From assembly GCA_964599405.1 (NCBI GenBank), contig CAZRED010000001.1, positions 75,528 through 139,527 of the forward strand: a stretch of DNA of 64,000 bases, written 5' to 3'. Positions 20,282-28,403 of the stretch are shown one piece after another. Source of the stretch: an uncultured Candidatus Saccharibacteria bacterium. GTDB taxonomy: Bacteria; Patescibacteriota; UBA1384; 2-12-FULL-50-11. The notes under the pieces are model-generated. The model did not search any database. It was not told the DNA's origin and saw only the letters and a list, made by a program, of their open reading frames with translations. How positions within the stretch are numbered: the stretch's first letter is position 1; each line of letters starts with the position of its first letter. Made by a program: the position numbers and the translations under genes.

Positions 20282-20298
20282 GACTCCCGCCAGGCCTA
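20282..20298 (+). repeat. direct repeat of tRNA-Lys 3' end (copy 3)
   Basis: ACTCCCGCCAGGCCTAC followed by GACCCTCCGCC. Confidence 0.7.
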
Positions 20299-20319
20299 CG
20301 ACCCTCCGCCTTTTCCACC

Positions 20320-20700
20320 TTACTTGACATATGTTTTTAAAAAGAGCGAAAATATTAGTGATGAGGGTTCCCAACGGACTTCTCAAGGAACATTTGGATG
20401 GCAGTAGATTATCGATACGGAAAGGTAATGCGCCGTAACAAGCGCACATCGCACGTCAATGGAGCCGGCGGGGGCAGGAAGCTCCCACCTCGACAGCATC
20501 GTCTAGACAGAAACCGAAAGCTGGCACCAACGAATCCGTAACGATCCACGACCAAACGCATCATGGCAAAGAGCACACGGGGAAACTTAAGGTAACCCAA
20601 TGACCCAAAACGGGTCGCAGCAAAAAGCCATGAAAGCGTTCAGGCCGGGGAAAGACACACGTCTTTACGTGACATTGTCGTCACCCCCGGTCTTTTTCTT
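20320..20700 (+). ncRNA. ORF-free structured region; candidate structured RNA (RNase P RNA-like motif), unresolved
   Basis: GAAAGGUAAUGCGCC-GUAACAA-GCGCAC hairpin resembles RNase P P10-12 GGUGCGGUAAGAGCGCACC. ACAGAAACCG resembles the P4 3' strand. GGUAACCC...GCAGCAA resembles the P15 region. A long nested terminal stem CCGGGG...CCCCGG is followed by TCTTTTTCT. No ORF of 60 aa or more with coding character. Confidence 0.3.
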
Positions 20701-20712
20701 AATACTCAATAT

Positions 20713-21246
20713 TTAATAATCCGAGCTACTGCGACCCTTGCCCAAACCACCGGTCGCAATTAACGCAATTAACGGGGCGATAAACCACCAAACTTCTTTG
20801 GTAATAATCATTTTGGCAATCCGCGAGGTTTCCGAAAATTTTGTCTGGGATTCGGCATCCATAAAGGAAAACACCGCCGCCAAAATTAATGCCGAATTCA
20901 AAAAGCTAAACAACGCCAGCTCAAAGGTTGAAAGTTTGCCGCCGCTACTGGAGTTCCGGCTACCCAAGCCAGAGCGAATCGTTACTAACACTACCGTCAA
21001 TAAAAAGACGCCGCTCTGAATTGAAAACGGCGAGGTGTTGGCGCTAATAAACAATGAGTTGGCAACGGTTTTGTCGCCGTTAAAGAATTGCTGGAGCGGC
21101 GCGCCAAGAATCCCGGCCATCACAATACCAACGTAGATTGCTAAAAGCGTCACCACTACCTTGTCGCGCTGCAACACAAAGGAGTAGCCGATGCTGACAA
21201 TGAAAAAAATCGTTAAAAACAAATCCCAGCTTGGAACGGTCTGCAC
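20713..21246 (-). CDS. integral membrane protein
   Basis: 177 aa, 5 TM helices. Confidence 0.55.
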   Translation of the reverse strand: MQTVPSWDLFLTIFFIVSIGYSFVLQRDKVVVTLLAIYVGIVMAGILGAPLQQFFNGDKTVANSLFISANTSPFSIQSGVFLLTVVLVTIRSGLGSRNSSSGGKLSTFELALFSFLNSALILAAVFSFMDAESQTKFSETSRIAKMIITKEVWWFIAPLIALIATGGLGKGRSSSDY

Positions 21247-21318
21247 CCCTCGTTACCTCCTGAATTCAGTATCTTAAGAAGTGGCCCTGGTGTCAAATTA
21301 AAAGATAAAAAATCCCGC

Positions 21319-21531
21319 TTAAACAGATTGCGTAAGCGGGGAGGAAAGTTCGTCCATTCGATCAGCAAAGTCGGCGCCACACTCGGAGCAGCCGGCGCGG
21401 ATGTGACGTTGCAGCTTGGCCATATTTGAGTCATGAGCGATTGGCTTATTTTTGGTCAGAGCTTCTGCCAGTTCGTAGATCTCTCGCTGCGTTATAGTGC
21501 AGCGTCGGTTTTCTCCAGAAGGTACGTTCAT
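21319..21531 (-). CDS. small Cys-containing hypothetical protein
   Basis: 70 aa, CTITQ...CSECG; fills the gap before the topoisomerase gene. Confidence 0.3.
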   Translation of the reverse strand: MNVPSGENRRCTITQREIYELAEALTKNKPIAHDSNMAKLQRHIRAGCSECGADFADRMDELSSPLTQSV

Positions 21532-21600
21532 ATGGGCAAATTATACCTTCCTAGCACTCTTGTGTCACTACCAAATTGACGGGCGTGATACACTAGCCGC

Positions 21601-22656
21601 ATGAGTGATGCCGTCGCCCTCGTCAAAGATCCAGTTGAGTCTGCTAAAGAAGCGGGTCTGCGTTATTTTTCCGACAATAAACTAACGATTAGCCGCGTCA
21701 AACACGGCGACGGGTTCCGCTACATTAGTAAAGACGAGGAACCGATCAGTGACGTCGACACCATTACTCGCATTAAATCCTTGGTCCTGCCGCCGGCTTG
21801 GGTAGAAGTGAAAATATCGCCAGTCGATAACAGCCACCTGCAAGCAGTGGGTATCGACGAAAAAGGCCGCAAGCAATACCGCTACCACCCGGAGTGGCTG
21901 AAGTTCCGCGACCAAACCAAGTACGACAAATTGATTGATTTCGGCAAAGCCCTGCCGAAAATCCGCACCCAAGTTTCCGTTGATATGTCTAAACAAGGCT
22001 TACCGCGCGAGAAAGTATTAGCAGCAATAGTCAAAATGCTGGAGAAAACGATGATTCGCATCGGTAATGAACAGTACGCCAAAGAAAACAAATCCTACGG
22101 CCTAACTACCCTCCAAAACCGCCATGTTGACGTTGGAACCGAGAAAGTCACCATCAATTTCAAGGGCAAAAGCGGCCAGTTTCACACTATTGAGTTGGAA
22201 GACCGCCGGCTGGCCCGGCTGATTGGCAAACTCCAGGATTTACCCGGTCAAGATTTGTTCCAGTTTATTGATGACAACGACAACCTCCATGGCATCGACT
22301 CGGCTGACGTTAACGAATACATCCAAGAAGCCGCTAACGATGAGTTTACCGCCAAAGATTTCCGGACTTGGCGTGGCACGGTCTTGGCCGCCTGGTTTCT
22401 GGCTGACTGCGAGCGCGCCAAAACCCAAAAGGAAAACAAAAAACTCGTCACCCAAATAGTTAAAGAAGTTGCCGCCGAACTAGGTAATACGCCAACAGTT
22501 TGCCGCAAGTGCTATATCCACCCGACTGTCATTGACAGCTTCCTGGCCGAATCCGGTATGACTATTAAAGCCATCAACACCATAGAAGTGGACACGGTTG
22601 ATTTACTGCCGGAAGAAAAAGTCGTTCTGGAATTCCTGAAACAAAACACCGCCTAA
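21601..22656 (+). CDS. DNA topoisomerase IB (poxvirus-like bacterial TopIB)
   Basis: RYFSDNK...GFRY...LPPAWVEVKISP...GRKQYRYHPEW; 351 aa. Confidence 0.75.
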   Translation: MSDAVALVKDPVESAKEAGLRYFSDNKLTISRVKHGDGFRYISKDEEPISDVDTITRIKSLVLPPAWVEVKISPVDNSHLQAVGIDEKGRKQYRYHPEWLKFRDQTKYDKLIDFGKALPKIRTQVSVDMSKQGLPREKVLAAIVKMLEKTMIRIGNEQYAKENKSYGLTTLQNRHVDVGTEKVTINFKGKSGQFHTIELEDRRLARLIGKLQDLPGQDLFQFIDDNDNLHGIDSADVNEYIQEAANDEFTAKDFRTWRGTVLAAWFLADCERAKTQKENKKLVTQIVKEVAAELGNTPTVCRKCYIHPTVIDSFLAESGMTIKAINTIEVDTVDLLPEEKVVLEFLKQNTA

Positions 22657-22736
22657 TTCCCGTAACTATTTATTTATTATACGAATATACGTGTATATAA
22701 GTGGCGCTTAGTAAAATTTCGTAAATTATTCTCTAA

Positions 22737-22768
22737 GAACAAATATACGTTTAAACATATATTTGTTC
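22737..22768. promoter_or_regulatory. 32-bp near-perfect palindrome with core ATATACGTTTAAACATATAT
   Basis: GAACAAATATACGTTTAAACATATATTTGTTC; the same core recurs at 45539-45558 and 32446-32465. Confidence 0.6.
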
Positions 22769-22792
22769 TTCAATAATTAACGTAAAAGAAAA

Positions 22793-22825
22793 CGCCGACC
22801 GCAATGCGGTCGGCGCTGGAAAGTG
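22793..22825 (-). terminator. rho-independent terminator for 22829..23416 gene
   Basis: Minus strand GCCGACCGCAttGCGGTCGGC then TTTTCTTTT. Confidence 0.7.
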
Positions 22826-22828
22826 GTG

Positions 22829-23416
22829 TCAGGCCGTTGGCTGGGGCGCTGGAACCGGCTTTGGGGCAAACACTCCCGCCACCTTCGCCCAACTGCTCTT
22901 GATCAGCCCCTTACAAGTAGTCTTGATACTGATATCGAAGTGACGCATTAGGTAGAGATGGAATCCTATCGGCACAGCTATCCAGACAAGCCACCTGAGT
23001 GAATAAGGATCAGAGGGTAACCTAGGCCAAAATAAAAACATGACTACACAGATAACTTGGAAGAGGAAAACCGCACCAAGTCGATAAACCCGACTCCATT
23101 CAATACCGGAGGGGTAAGTACGCTCTGTCCCCATCTGCTCAAGATCGCGAATCATTCGTTCGACTTCCCTAAGCTGTGACCTAATAAAGAAGAAATAGTG
23201 GAAAACGGATATGAATACCGCTGCTAGCAAGAGCTCAGTCACGTCGCCAGGATTGATTAACGCGCTAAAGGATATGTATCCAGGCAACATAAGGCCGGCG
23301 ATCACGACATAGCCACGAACCGCCACTGCCTGATCAATGCCGAAGAACTTCGCTGTTTTCATCAGTTGCTTCGCCCACCAGTCGAAGCCACTGTCTACTG
23401 GTAGGAAAATGTTCAT
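22829..23416 (-). CDS. integral membrane protein
   Basis: 195 aa, 4-5 TM helices. Confidence 0.55.
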   Translation of the reverse strand: MNIFLPVDSGFDWWAKQLMKTAKFFGIDQAVAVRGYVVIAGLMLPGYISFSALINPGDVTELLLAAVFISVFHYFFFIRSQLREVERMIRDLEQMGTERTYPSGIEWSRVYRLGAVFLFQVICVVMFLFWPRLPSDPYSLRWLVWIAVPIGFHLYLMRHFDISIKTTCKGLIKSSWAKVAGVFAPKPVPAPQPTA

Positions 23417-23486
23417 GTTCTACTCCAGAACGACAAAAGCCGTTTTGTAAGAGTATTTTACCAGGTCACGGGGGCAAATCAATAAA

Positions 23487-24092
23487 TTAGCGCAGGTTTT
23501 TGAGTTGTTCGTAGAGATCGCGTTCGGCACGGGAGAGGTGGTGGGGGATTTCAATAGCGATTACAACAGTTAAATCCCCTCGGCCGCGGCGGGTTTGCTG
23601 GCCTTTGCCGCGAAAACGGAAACCTTCGCCGGTTTGGACTCCGGCGGGGATTTTTAGCTCTATTTCGTCGCCAAATTGGGTTTTAAATTTTACCGTGTCC
23701 CCTAAAACGGCCTGGGGGATAGAGATCGAAATCTGCACTTGGACGTTGGCAAAGGCGCTTTCAAATAAATCTTCAAAAATTGAGCCAAATCCACCGCCGC
23801 CGGAACTGCGGAAACCGCCGAAACCGGAAAATCCGTCAAAGCCACCAGCCGCTCCCCCACTCTGCCCCCCACCAAAACCGCTACGGGTTCCGGCATGACC
23901 AAACTGGTCGTATGAGGCGCGTTTCTGGGCATTGCCTAAAACCTGGTAGGCCTCGTTAATTTCTTGGAATTTGGCCTTATCTCCCCCCTTGTCCGGGTGG
24001 AGTTTGTGAGCCATTTTTCGGTAGGCCTTTTTGATGTCAGCTTCGGTCGCTTTTTTATCGACGCCCAAAACCTCGTAGTAATCTCGTGCCAT
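23487..24092 (-). CDS. dnaJ: J-domain co-chaperone, DnaJ-like without zinc-finger domain
   Basis: DYYEVLGV...HPDK J-domain, G/F-rich region, C-terminal DnaJ-C fragment. No CxxCxGxG repeats; 201 aa. Confidence 0.8.
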   Translation of the reverse strand: MARDYYEVLGVDKKATEADIKKAYRKMAHKLHPDKGGDKAKFQEINEAYQVLGNAQKRASYDQFGHAGTRSGFGGGQSGGAAGGFDGFSGFGGFRSSGGGGFGSIFEDLFESAFANVQVQISISIPQAVLGDTVKFKTQFGDEIELKIPAGVQTGEGFRFRGKGQQTRRGRGDLTVVIAIEIPHHLSRAERDLYEQLKNLR

Positions 24093-24130
24093 TTCCCAGA
24101 AATTATACTGTAAAGGGAGCTTTACATCAA
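24090..24130 (-). promoter_or_regulatory. dnaJ promoter TTGATG-17-TATAAT-9 nt-ATG with embedded TGTAAAG-N4-CTTTACA palindrome
   Basis: Minus strand: TTGATG (plus 24125-24130), TATAAT (plus 24102-24107). The inverted repeat at 24109-24126 lies in the spacer. Confidence 0.55.
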
Positions 24131-24336
24131 AGTATATACTGCTATATTTTCTTTGCCGTCGGGTCGGGACGTTGGCCTGGAAGCGGGCAATCGTTATAGT
24201 CCTTCGGGACGGCGTAACAGCCTACCGGCCCACGGCACCAAAACACCCCGCAGGTGCGCACATGATAATAACAACCGAACTTTCCGGACGTGGGCACTAC
24301 TGCATTTGTAGCGTACTGCCCCGTTCAGGCGTTCCA

Positions 24337-25011
24337 ATGCTAATGGAGCGCGTAGATAGCCTCCGCCCGGAGATAAAAGAAAAATACGGAGCATGGACGA
24401 AACCGGACTTTGACACTGACCCATGGGGACGAACTGGTCTCGGCGAATCATTTGAATGCTTAGATCGAGACAATAACTCGGAAGAAATTCGACTTGGCTG
24501 GATACCTAGCAAAATCGAAAGAGCGCTTGTGTCGCTGGAGCTTTTAGGATTATGCAACGTCTTCGATCCTGAAAAGAAATCCCGAAAAGAGCGAATGCCT
24601 ACCGAGGCGATCTTGGAAGTCAGTGTCGGTCAAGGCACAAGAGGTTGGCACGTTAACGCTAATCTTGGCGACCCGGTCTGGGAAGTGATTAAAAGCAATT
24701 ACTTCTCGAGCGAGCTAATGCCGATTGTTAGGCAAAGGCTCCGGCGACTCTGGGAGGACTGGTACGGCAGTGACCACCAATACGGGATGTCAAACACTAT
24801 GGTTTTTGACGGTAACTCCGGAAAAGTCCTCCAGATCTACCACCCCGTTGGCAATGGGTTATGGATTGTGGGGAGCCAAGAAGCAACTAACGACTATCAG
24901 CTCATAGACCACAACACAGACAGCTATCGCGATGCCTTTGCCCACATTTACGGACTCTGCGTCGTTCTAGATGAGTGCCGCAAGCACATCGAGAGCTCCA
25001 AAACGACCTAA
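24337..25011 (+). CDS. hypothetical protein (island gene)
   Basis: Start MLMERVDSLRPE...; W/Y-rich, no motif. Terminator follows. Confidence 0.5.
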   Translation: MLMERVDSLRPEIKEKYGAWTKPDFDTDPWGRTGLGESFECLDRDNNSEEIRLGWIPSKIERALVSLELLGLCNVFDPEKKSRKERMPTEAILEVSVGQGTRGWHVNANLGDPVWEVIKSNYFSSELMPIVRQRLRRLWEDWYGSDHQYGMSNTMVFDGNSGKVLQIYHPVGNGLWIVGSQEATNDYQLIDHNTDSYRDAFAHIYGLCVVLDECRKHIESSKTT

Positions 25012-25038
25012 ACCCCGCATCTGCGGGGTTTCTTTTTA
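25011..25038 (+). terminator. rho-independent terminator
   Basis: AACCCCGCAtcTGCGGGGTT then TCTTTTT. Confidence 0.75.
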
Positions 25039-25053
25039 TGCTATTGTGTAGCC

Positions 25054-25281
25054 ATGGAAGAAATTAAAACAGTCAACGTCAACGTTCCGCGCAAAGCAAT
25101 CGTTATCAACAAGTACACCGAGCATTCCGGTGGCTGGACTTACTTTTTAGGATTTTTGGGCACGTTTATCTACTTTGTCCAAGGCGCCAGCACGTTCGGC
25201 GAAGGGTTTATTGGATTTCTGAAGGCCTTGGTTTGGCCGGCCTACGCCGTCTACCACATCTTCAAGTTCTTGGGGATTTAG
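25054..25281 (+). CDS. small membrane protein
   Basis: 75 aa, two hydrophobic helices. Confidence 0.4.
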   Translation: MEEIKTVNVNVPRKAIVINKYTEHSGGWTYFLGFLGTFIYFVQGASTFGEGFIGFLKALVWPAYAVYHIFKFLGI

Positions 25282-25934
25282 TCTTCTTTGTCTTTGAAGA
25301 CGCCGCTGCAGATATCCGGATAATCTTTCTTAAACTGGTCGTCAGAGCGCACGTTGGCCCAAATTTGTTCAATTCGGCGGCGTGATTCGGCGTCAAAGTA
25401 CTCCACCGGGCATAGTCGATCAATTAAGAATGAAGCCGACGAAAATTCCCAGTGGATTTGGCCGGAGCCATCTTCCGGTTTGGGCCGGCCTTCAATAATT
25501 CTATCCCGGCCGGCGTAACCCAATAGTTGGCCTTTCTTAATTTTGGCGAAGCGCTTAATCTCCGGTTCAATGGTGTTTAACTCTTTATAGGTAATTTTGT
25601 AAAAGCCGGAGTAGGTAGTGACATCAATCGAATTAGCGGCGGTTTTCCCGGCCGTGAATATCCAACCGTCAGCGGAAGCGATGATGGCGGTAACGCGCTG
25701 AAAACCAAAATCAATTCCCGGATGTCCGTCGGGATTGCCATTGGCTTCGTTGTGTTCAATTTTCTCACCCATCGGAATTAAGTTAACGGTGGCATCTTCA
25801 GACGCGGCAAAGGGTAGTGATATCTCAACGTGGTTATGCGGCAAGAACGCCCAGGGCTGGAACATAAAGACGGCGGCTAGTAACACGAGCCCCCCAATAA
25901 CCATCCCCGCCCAAACAAGTATCTTCTTAAGCAT
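25278..25934 (-). CDS. membrane-anchored M23-like (LytM) peptidase candidate
   Basis: N-terminal TM; GHPGIDF (HxxxD-like) and IHWEF (HxH-like). Confidence 0.45.
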   Translation of the reverse strand: MLKKILVWAGMVIGGLVLLAAVFMFQPWAFLPHNHVEISLPFAASEDATVNLIPMGEKIEHNEANGNPDGHPGIDFGFQRVTAIIASADGWIFTAGKTAANSIDVTTYSGFYKITYKELNTIEPEIKRFAKIKKGQLLGYAGRDRIIEGRPKPEDGSGQIHWEFSSASFLIDRLCPVEYFDAESRRRIEQIWANVRSDDQFKKDYPDICSGVFKDKED

Positions 25935-26042
25935 GTTTCAATTGTATAGCAATTGGGGCATTGCTTGGTGGTCGGCAAACCGACCGCCATAGAAAAAGTG
26001 CGAAGGGCGGCGGCGCCCTTCGCACTGTGGGGGGGTGGTGGG

Positions 26043-26696
26043 TCAGAAGGAATCAAAACCAAGCTTCTTGAGCTTTTCTTCCGAATCGCTGACACCCGCA
26101 GCCTTCAAGAATACGACCGCATTGTCGTAGGCCTGGAAGTAGAACTTGGGTGTGTTCGTAAACTCCCACTTGTTCTTCCTCCCAGCAATCTGCCGGTAGC
26201 CAATCAGGTGCCCGTAGGTCGCCGACGTTCCGGGTGGAGATAGCTCCACACATGCCTCGCGAAGCTTGGTGATCTCGATGAAAGAGAGACCCTCCTTGAG
26301 AACGATCCCTTTCTCTTCAAGCAATCCGTATATAGCTTTTCGTGAGGCCGGGCTTAGGCCGGGTAGCCTATCGATATCGTCCTTACGACACCTTGCCAGC
26401 TCTGACAGTTTATTCACGCCCAGTTCGACCAGCGGCTTCCATGCCCGTTCTGGCAGACCAGCGGCGCTCAGCACTTCGTCTTCGGCTATCGCCGTAGACT
26501 CTGGGATAGTCGTCTTTTCCGGCGGCGGCACTCCTTTGCACCGGCTAATGATAGATTGTAGCTCGTCCTGTCGGTCTTCCAGCCATTTGATGGTCTTGTC
26601 TAGGTCGCTACGCACCGTTTTGAAATCGAGGATCATCTGGCGATTCAGTTCCCAAGTGTCCGAAGCTATCATGCGTACTTCTTCATCTCTATCCAT
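26043..26696 (-). CDS. helix-hairpin-helix protein with RNAP alpha-CTD-like domain
   Basis: Start MDRDEEVRMIAS with GGAGG 9 nt upstream. VNKLSELARCRKDDIDRLPGLSPASRKAIYGLLEEKGIVL resembles the alpha-CTD HhH. Confidence 0.5.
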   Translation of the reverse strand: MDRDEEVRMIASDTWELNRQMILDFKTVRSDLDKTIKWLEDRQDELQSIISRCKGVPPPEKTTIPESTAIAEDEVLSAAGLPERAWKPLVELGVNKLSELARCRKDDIDRLPGLSPASRKAIYGLLEEKGIVLKEGLSFIEITKLREACVELSPPGTSATYGHLIGYRQIAGRKNKWEFTNTPKFYFQAYDNAVVFLKAAGVSDSEEKLKKLGFDSF

Positions 26697-26697
26697 G

Positions 26698-26760
26698 CTT
26701 AAAGAACCTCCATAAGGGTTGTACGAGCATCGTACTGGAAAATTTTTGCCAGGCAAGGAT
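26698..26760 (-). promoter_or_regulatory. palindrome GTACGAgcaTCGTAC upstream of 26043..26696
   Basis: Perfect 6-bp arms at about 26725-26739. Confidence 0.35.
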
Positions 26761-26853
26761 GGAGCTGGGATTTTTGCCTGTGTGAAACACAATTAGTAAT
26801 AAAAGGGCGCGGATTGGCCGAAGCCGCACCGCGCAATTGTTTGATATTGTCTG

Positions 26854-27498
26854 TTACTCCGGGACGCCCATGGCCAACCGCTGATCAGCGCAGCTCATGG
26901 TGCCGAAAGGAACACGCTTGAAGATCCAGCTCCCCAGCTTGCGAAGCGCCTCCCTGTCCAGATCGCTGATGAGGTCGCCCTTCTTGTCGCTTAAGGAGCG
27001 GGCTTGATGCCTGAGATCGCCTTTAGCGGCCCAGAGGCCAGGGAGATACCAGATCTCCCAGTATTGACCATTGTCGGCCCTTCTTGATCGAAGGCAGACG
27101 AATCCCCAGGATTCCAGCATTGAACAGGCCTCGGCGTATTTCCTCTCTGTCCAATAGTAACCGCAGAGGGACTGGATCATGATGGATGGAGAAGCGTGCT
27201 TGTTCTCCTTGTCAGGACAGACAAACCATGCCTCTTTTGGCTCGCCTGTCTCCTTCCAGTGCGGACCAACCAGCGGGTCGGCCTGGGGAGTGGGCATTGG
27301 CTCGGTTAGCTCGCGCCTGACAAGGCGTCCCTCAACGCAGTCGACACGACACTGTCCAGCGAGCATCGCTTCCAGCATGTCTAGCTCGTTACTGAGCAGA
27401 TTGCCTAGACCCAGCTCACCATCGTTGTCCACTGAAGGCTTCCTACGGGTTACGCGGATTTCTTTCATAAATACCTCAAAGATCGAAGATGGGAACAT
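26854..27498 (-). CDS. hypothetical protein (island gene)
   Basis: W/Y/C-rich; start uncertain (MFPSSIF or MKEIRV); no motif. Confidence 0.45.
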   Translation of the reverse strand: MFPSSIFEVFMKEIRVTRRKPSVDNDGELGLGNLLSNELDMLEAMLAGQCRVDCVEGRLVRRELTEPMPTPQADPLVGPHWKETGEPKEAWFVCPDKENKHASPSIMIQSLCGYYWTERKYAEACSMLESWGFVCLRSRRADNGQYWEIWYLPGLWAAKGDLRHQARSLSDKKGDLISDLDREALRKLGSWIFKRVPFGTMSCADQRLAMGVPE

Positions 27499-27569
27499 TC
27501 TATCAGATGTATCTAGAAAATCCAACGAGTAAATCCCGCTTTTACCTGTGGAAAAGTCAACGAACGGTA

Positions 27570-27600
27570 TAGAAAAAGCGGCGGGTTTCCCCGCCGCCAG
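27570..27600 (-). terminator. rho-independent terminator for 27625..28290
   Basis: Minus strand GGCGGCGGGgaaaCCCGCCGC then TTTTTCT. Confidence 0.75.
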
Positions 27601-27624
27601 TACATTGTTCGCTTAGGACTCGAA

Positions 27625-28290
27625 CTACTCCGCTTTGCGCATGACGACCATGTCGCAAGGGACTTTGATCCCAGTCCTCGATCCCTGCCAGCCGTCACCG
27701 CTCCAGATCGTTTCACCTTCCCAGTGGTGGTTGGGCACGTAGCAAGTGAAGCCTTCGCGGTGGTCATAGACAGCTACTCTCTGGTGAATGCTGCCCGACC
27801 ACTGGTCGGCCATCGCTTGGGGAACGCCGTCGTAGGTGACGACGATGCCCTTCTGGCAAAGTTGTCCGAGTGTGTTGAGCAGACGTTTCAGCCGCTCTGG
27901 CGAGAAGTAATACGTCACGCTGATCAGGACTGCCCAATCAACTCGACTTCCTTCCGCCAACATCGAAACACAGACATCGTCAGCTGGGCCATGATAGTAG
28001 CGGGCGTAAAATCCCCGTCCCATTGTCCAGCGCAGGTTGTTGGCCGAGATGTCGTTGGCGTAACGCTCGCCGTGGCGAGCATGTGCGCAGAGAATGTCGG
28101 CGACCACTCCTGTGGCTGAGCCAATATCTAAAACCGTATCTTGGGCACCGATGAACGGCACCGCCTTGTCTTCGAAGACTTGGTGGAGGTTCACCTTGGC
28201 CAGCTGCAAACGCTGGCAGTACTCCCTGGGGTCATTGTGAAGTGCGAGGACCGCTTGGTCCTCCATATTGAGGGGCCATCCGGTTACCAT
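27625..28290 (-). CDS. class I SAM-dependent methyltransferase (substrate unknown)
   Basis: VLDIGSATGVVADIL motif I; start moved to MVTGWPLNMEDQ directly after the promoter. Confidence 0.6.
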   Translation of the reverse strand: MVTGWPLNMEDQAVLALHNDPREYCQRLQLAKVNLHQVFEDKAVPFIGAQDTVLDIGSATGVVADILCAHARHGERYANDISANNLRWTMGRGFYARYYHGPADDVCVSMLAEGSRVDWAVLISVTYYFSPERLKRLLNTLGQLCQKGIVVTYDGVPQAMADQWSGSIHQRVAVYDHREGFTCYVPNHHWEGETIWSGDGWQGSRTGIKVPCDMVVMRKAE

Positions 28291-28326
28291 GTTGCGATTT
28301 ATACCACATTTCTCGAGAAAAGTCAA
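28288..28326 (-). promoter_or_regulatory. leaderless promoter cassette TTGACT-17-TATAAA-7 nt-ATG with XhoI-centred palindrome
   Basis: Minus strand: TTGACT (plus 28321-28326), TATAAA (plus 28298-28303), ATG at 28290. Palindrome TTTCTCGAGAAA. Confidence 0.6.
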
Positions 28327-28403
28327 GTATTAAAGCCGCAATTTCGCCAATGGAAAATCCAGCAAGAGTGACGGGGTAGCGGAAAATAATAATCACTGTT
28401 ACG

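Noticed and set aside
20320-20700. RNase P RNA on the minus strand
   Set aside because: A GAGAAGTCCGTTGGGAACC match to the P4 5' strand exists on the minus strand at about 20365-20385, but only about 75 nt remain downstream before the tRNA-repeat. This is too short for the rest of the molecule.
22737-22768. dif (XerCD) site
   Set aside because: The palindrome occurs three times in 64 kb, overlaps a promoter in one copy, and does not match the 11-6-11 dif architecture well.
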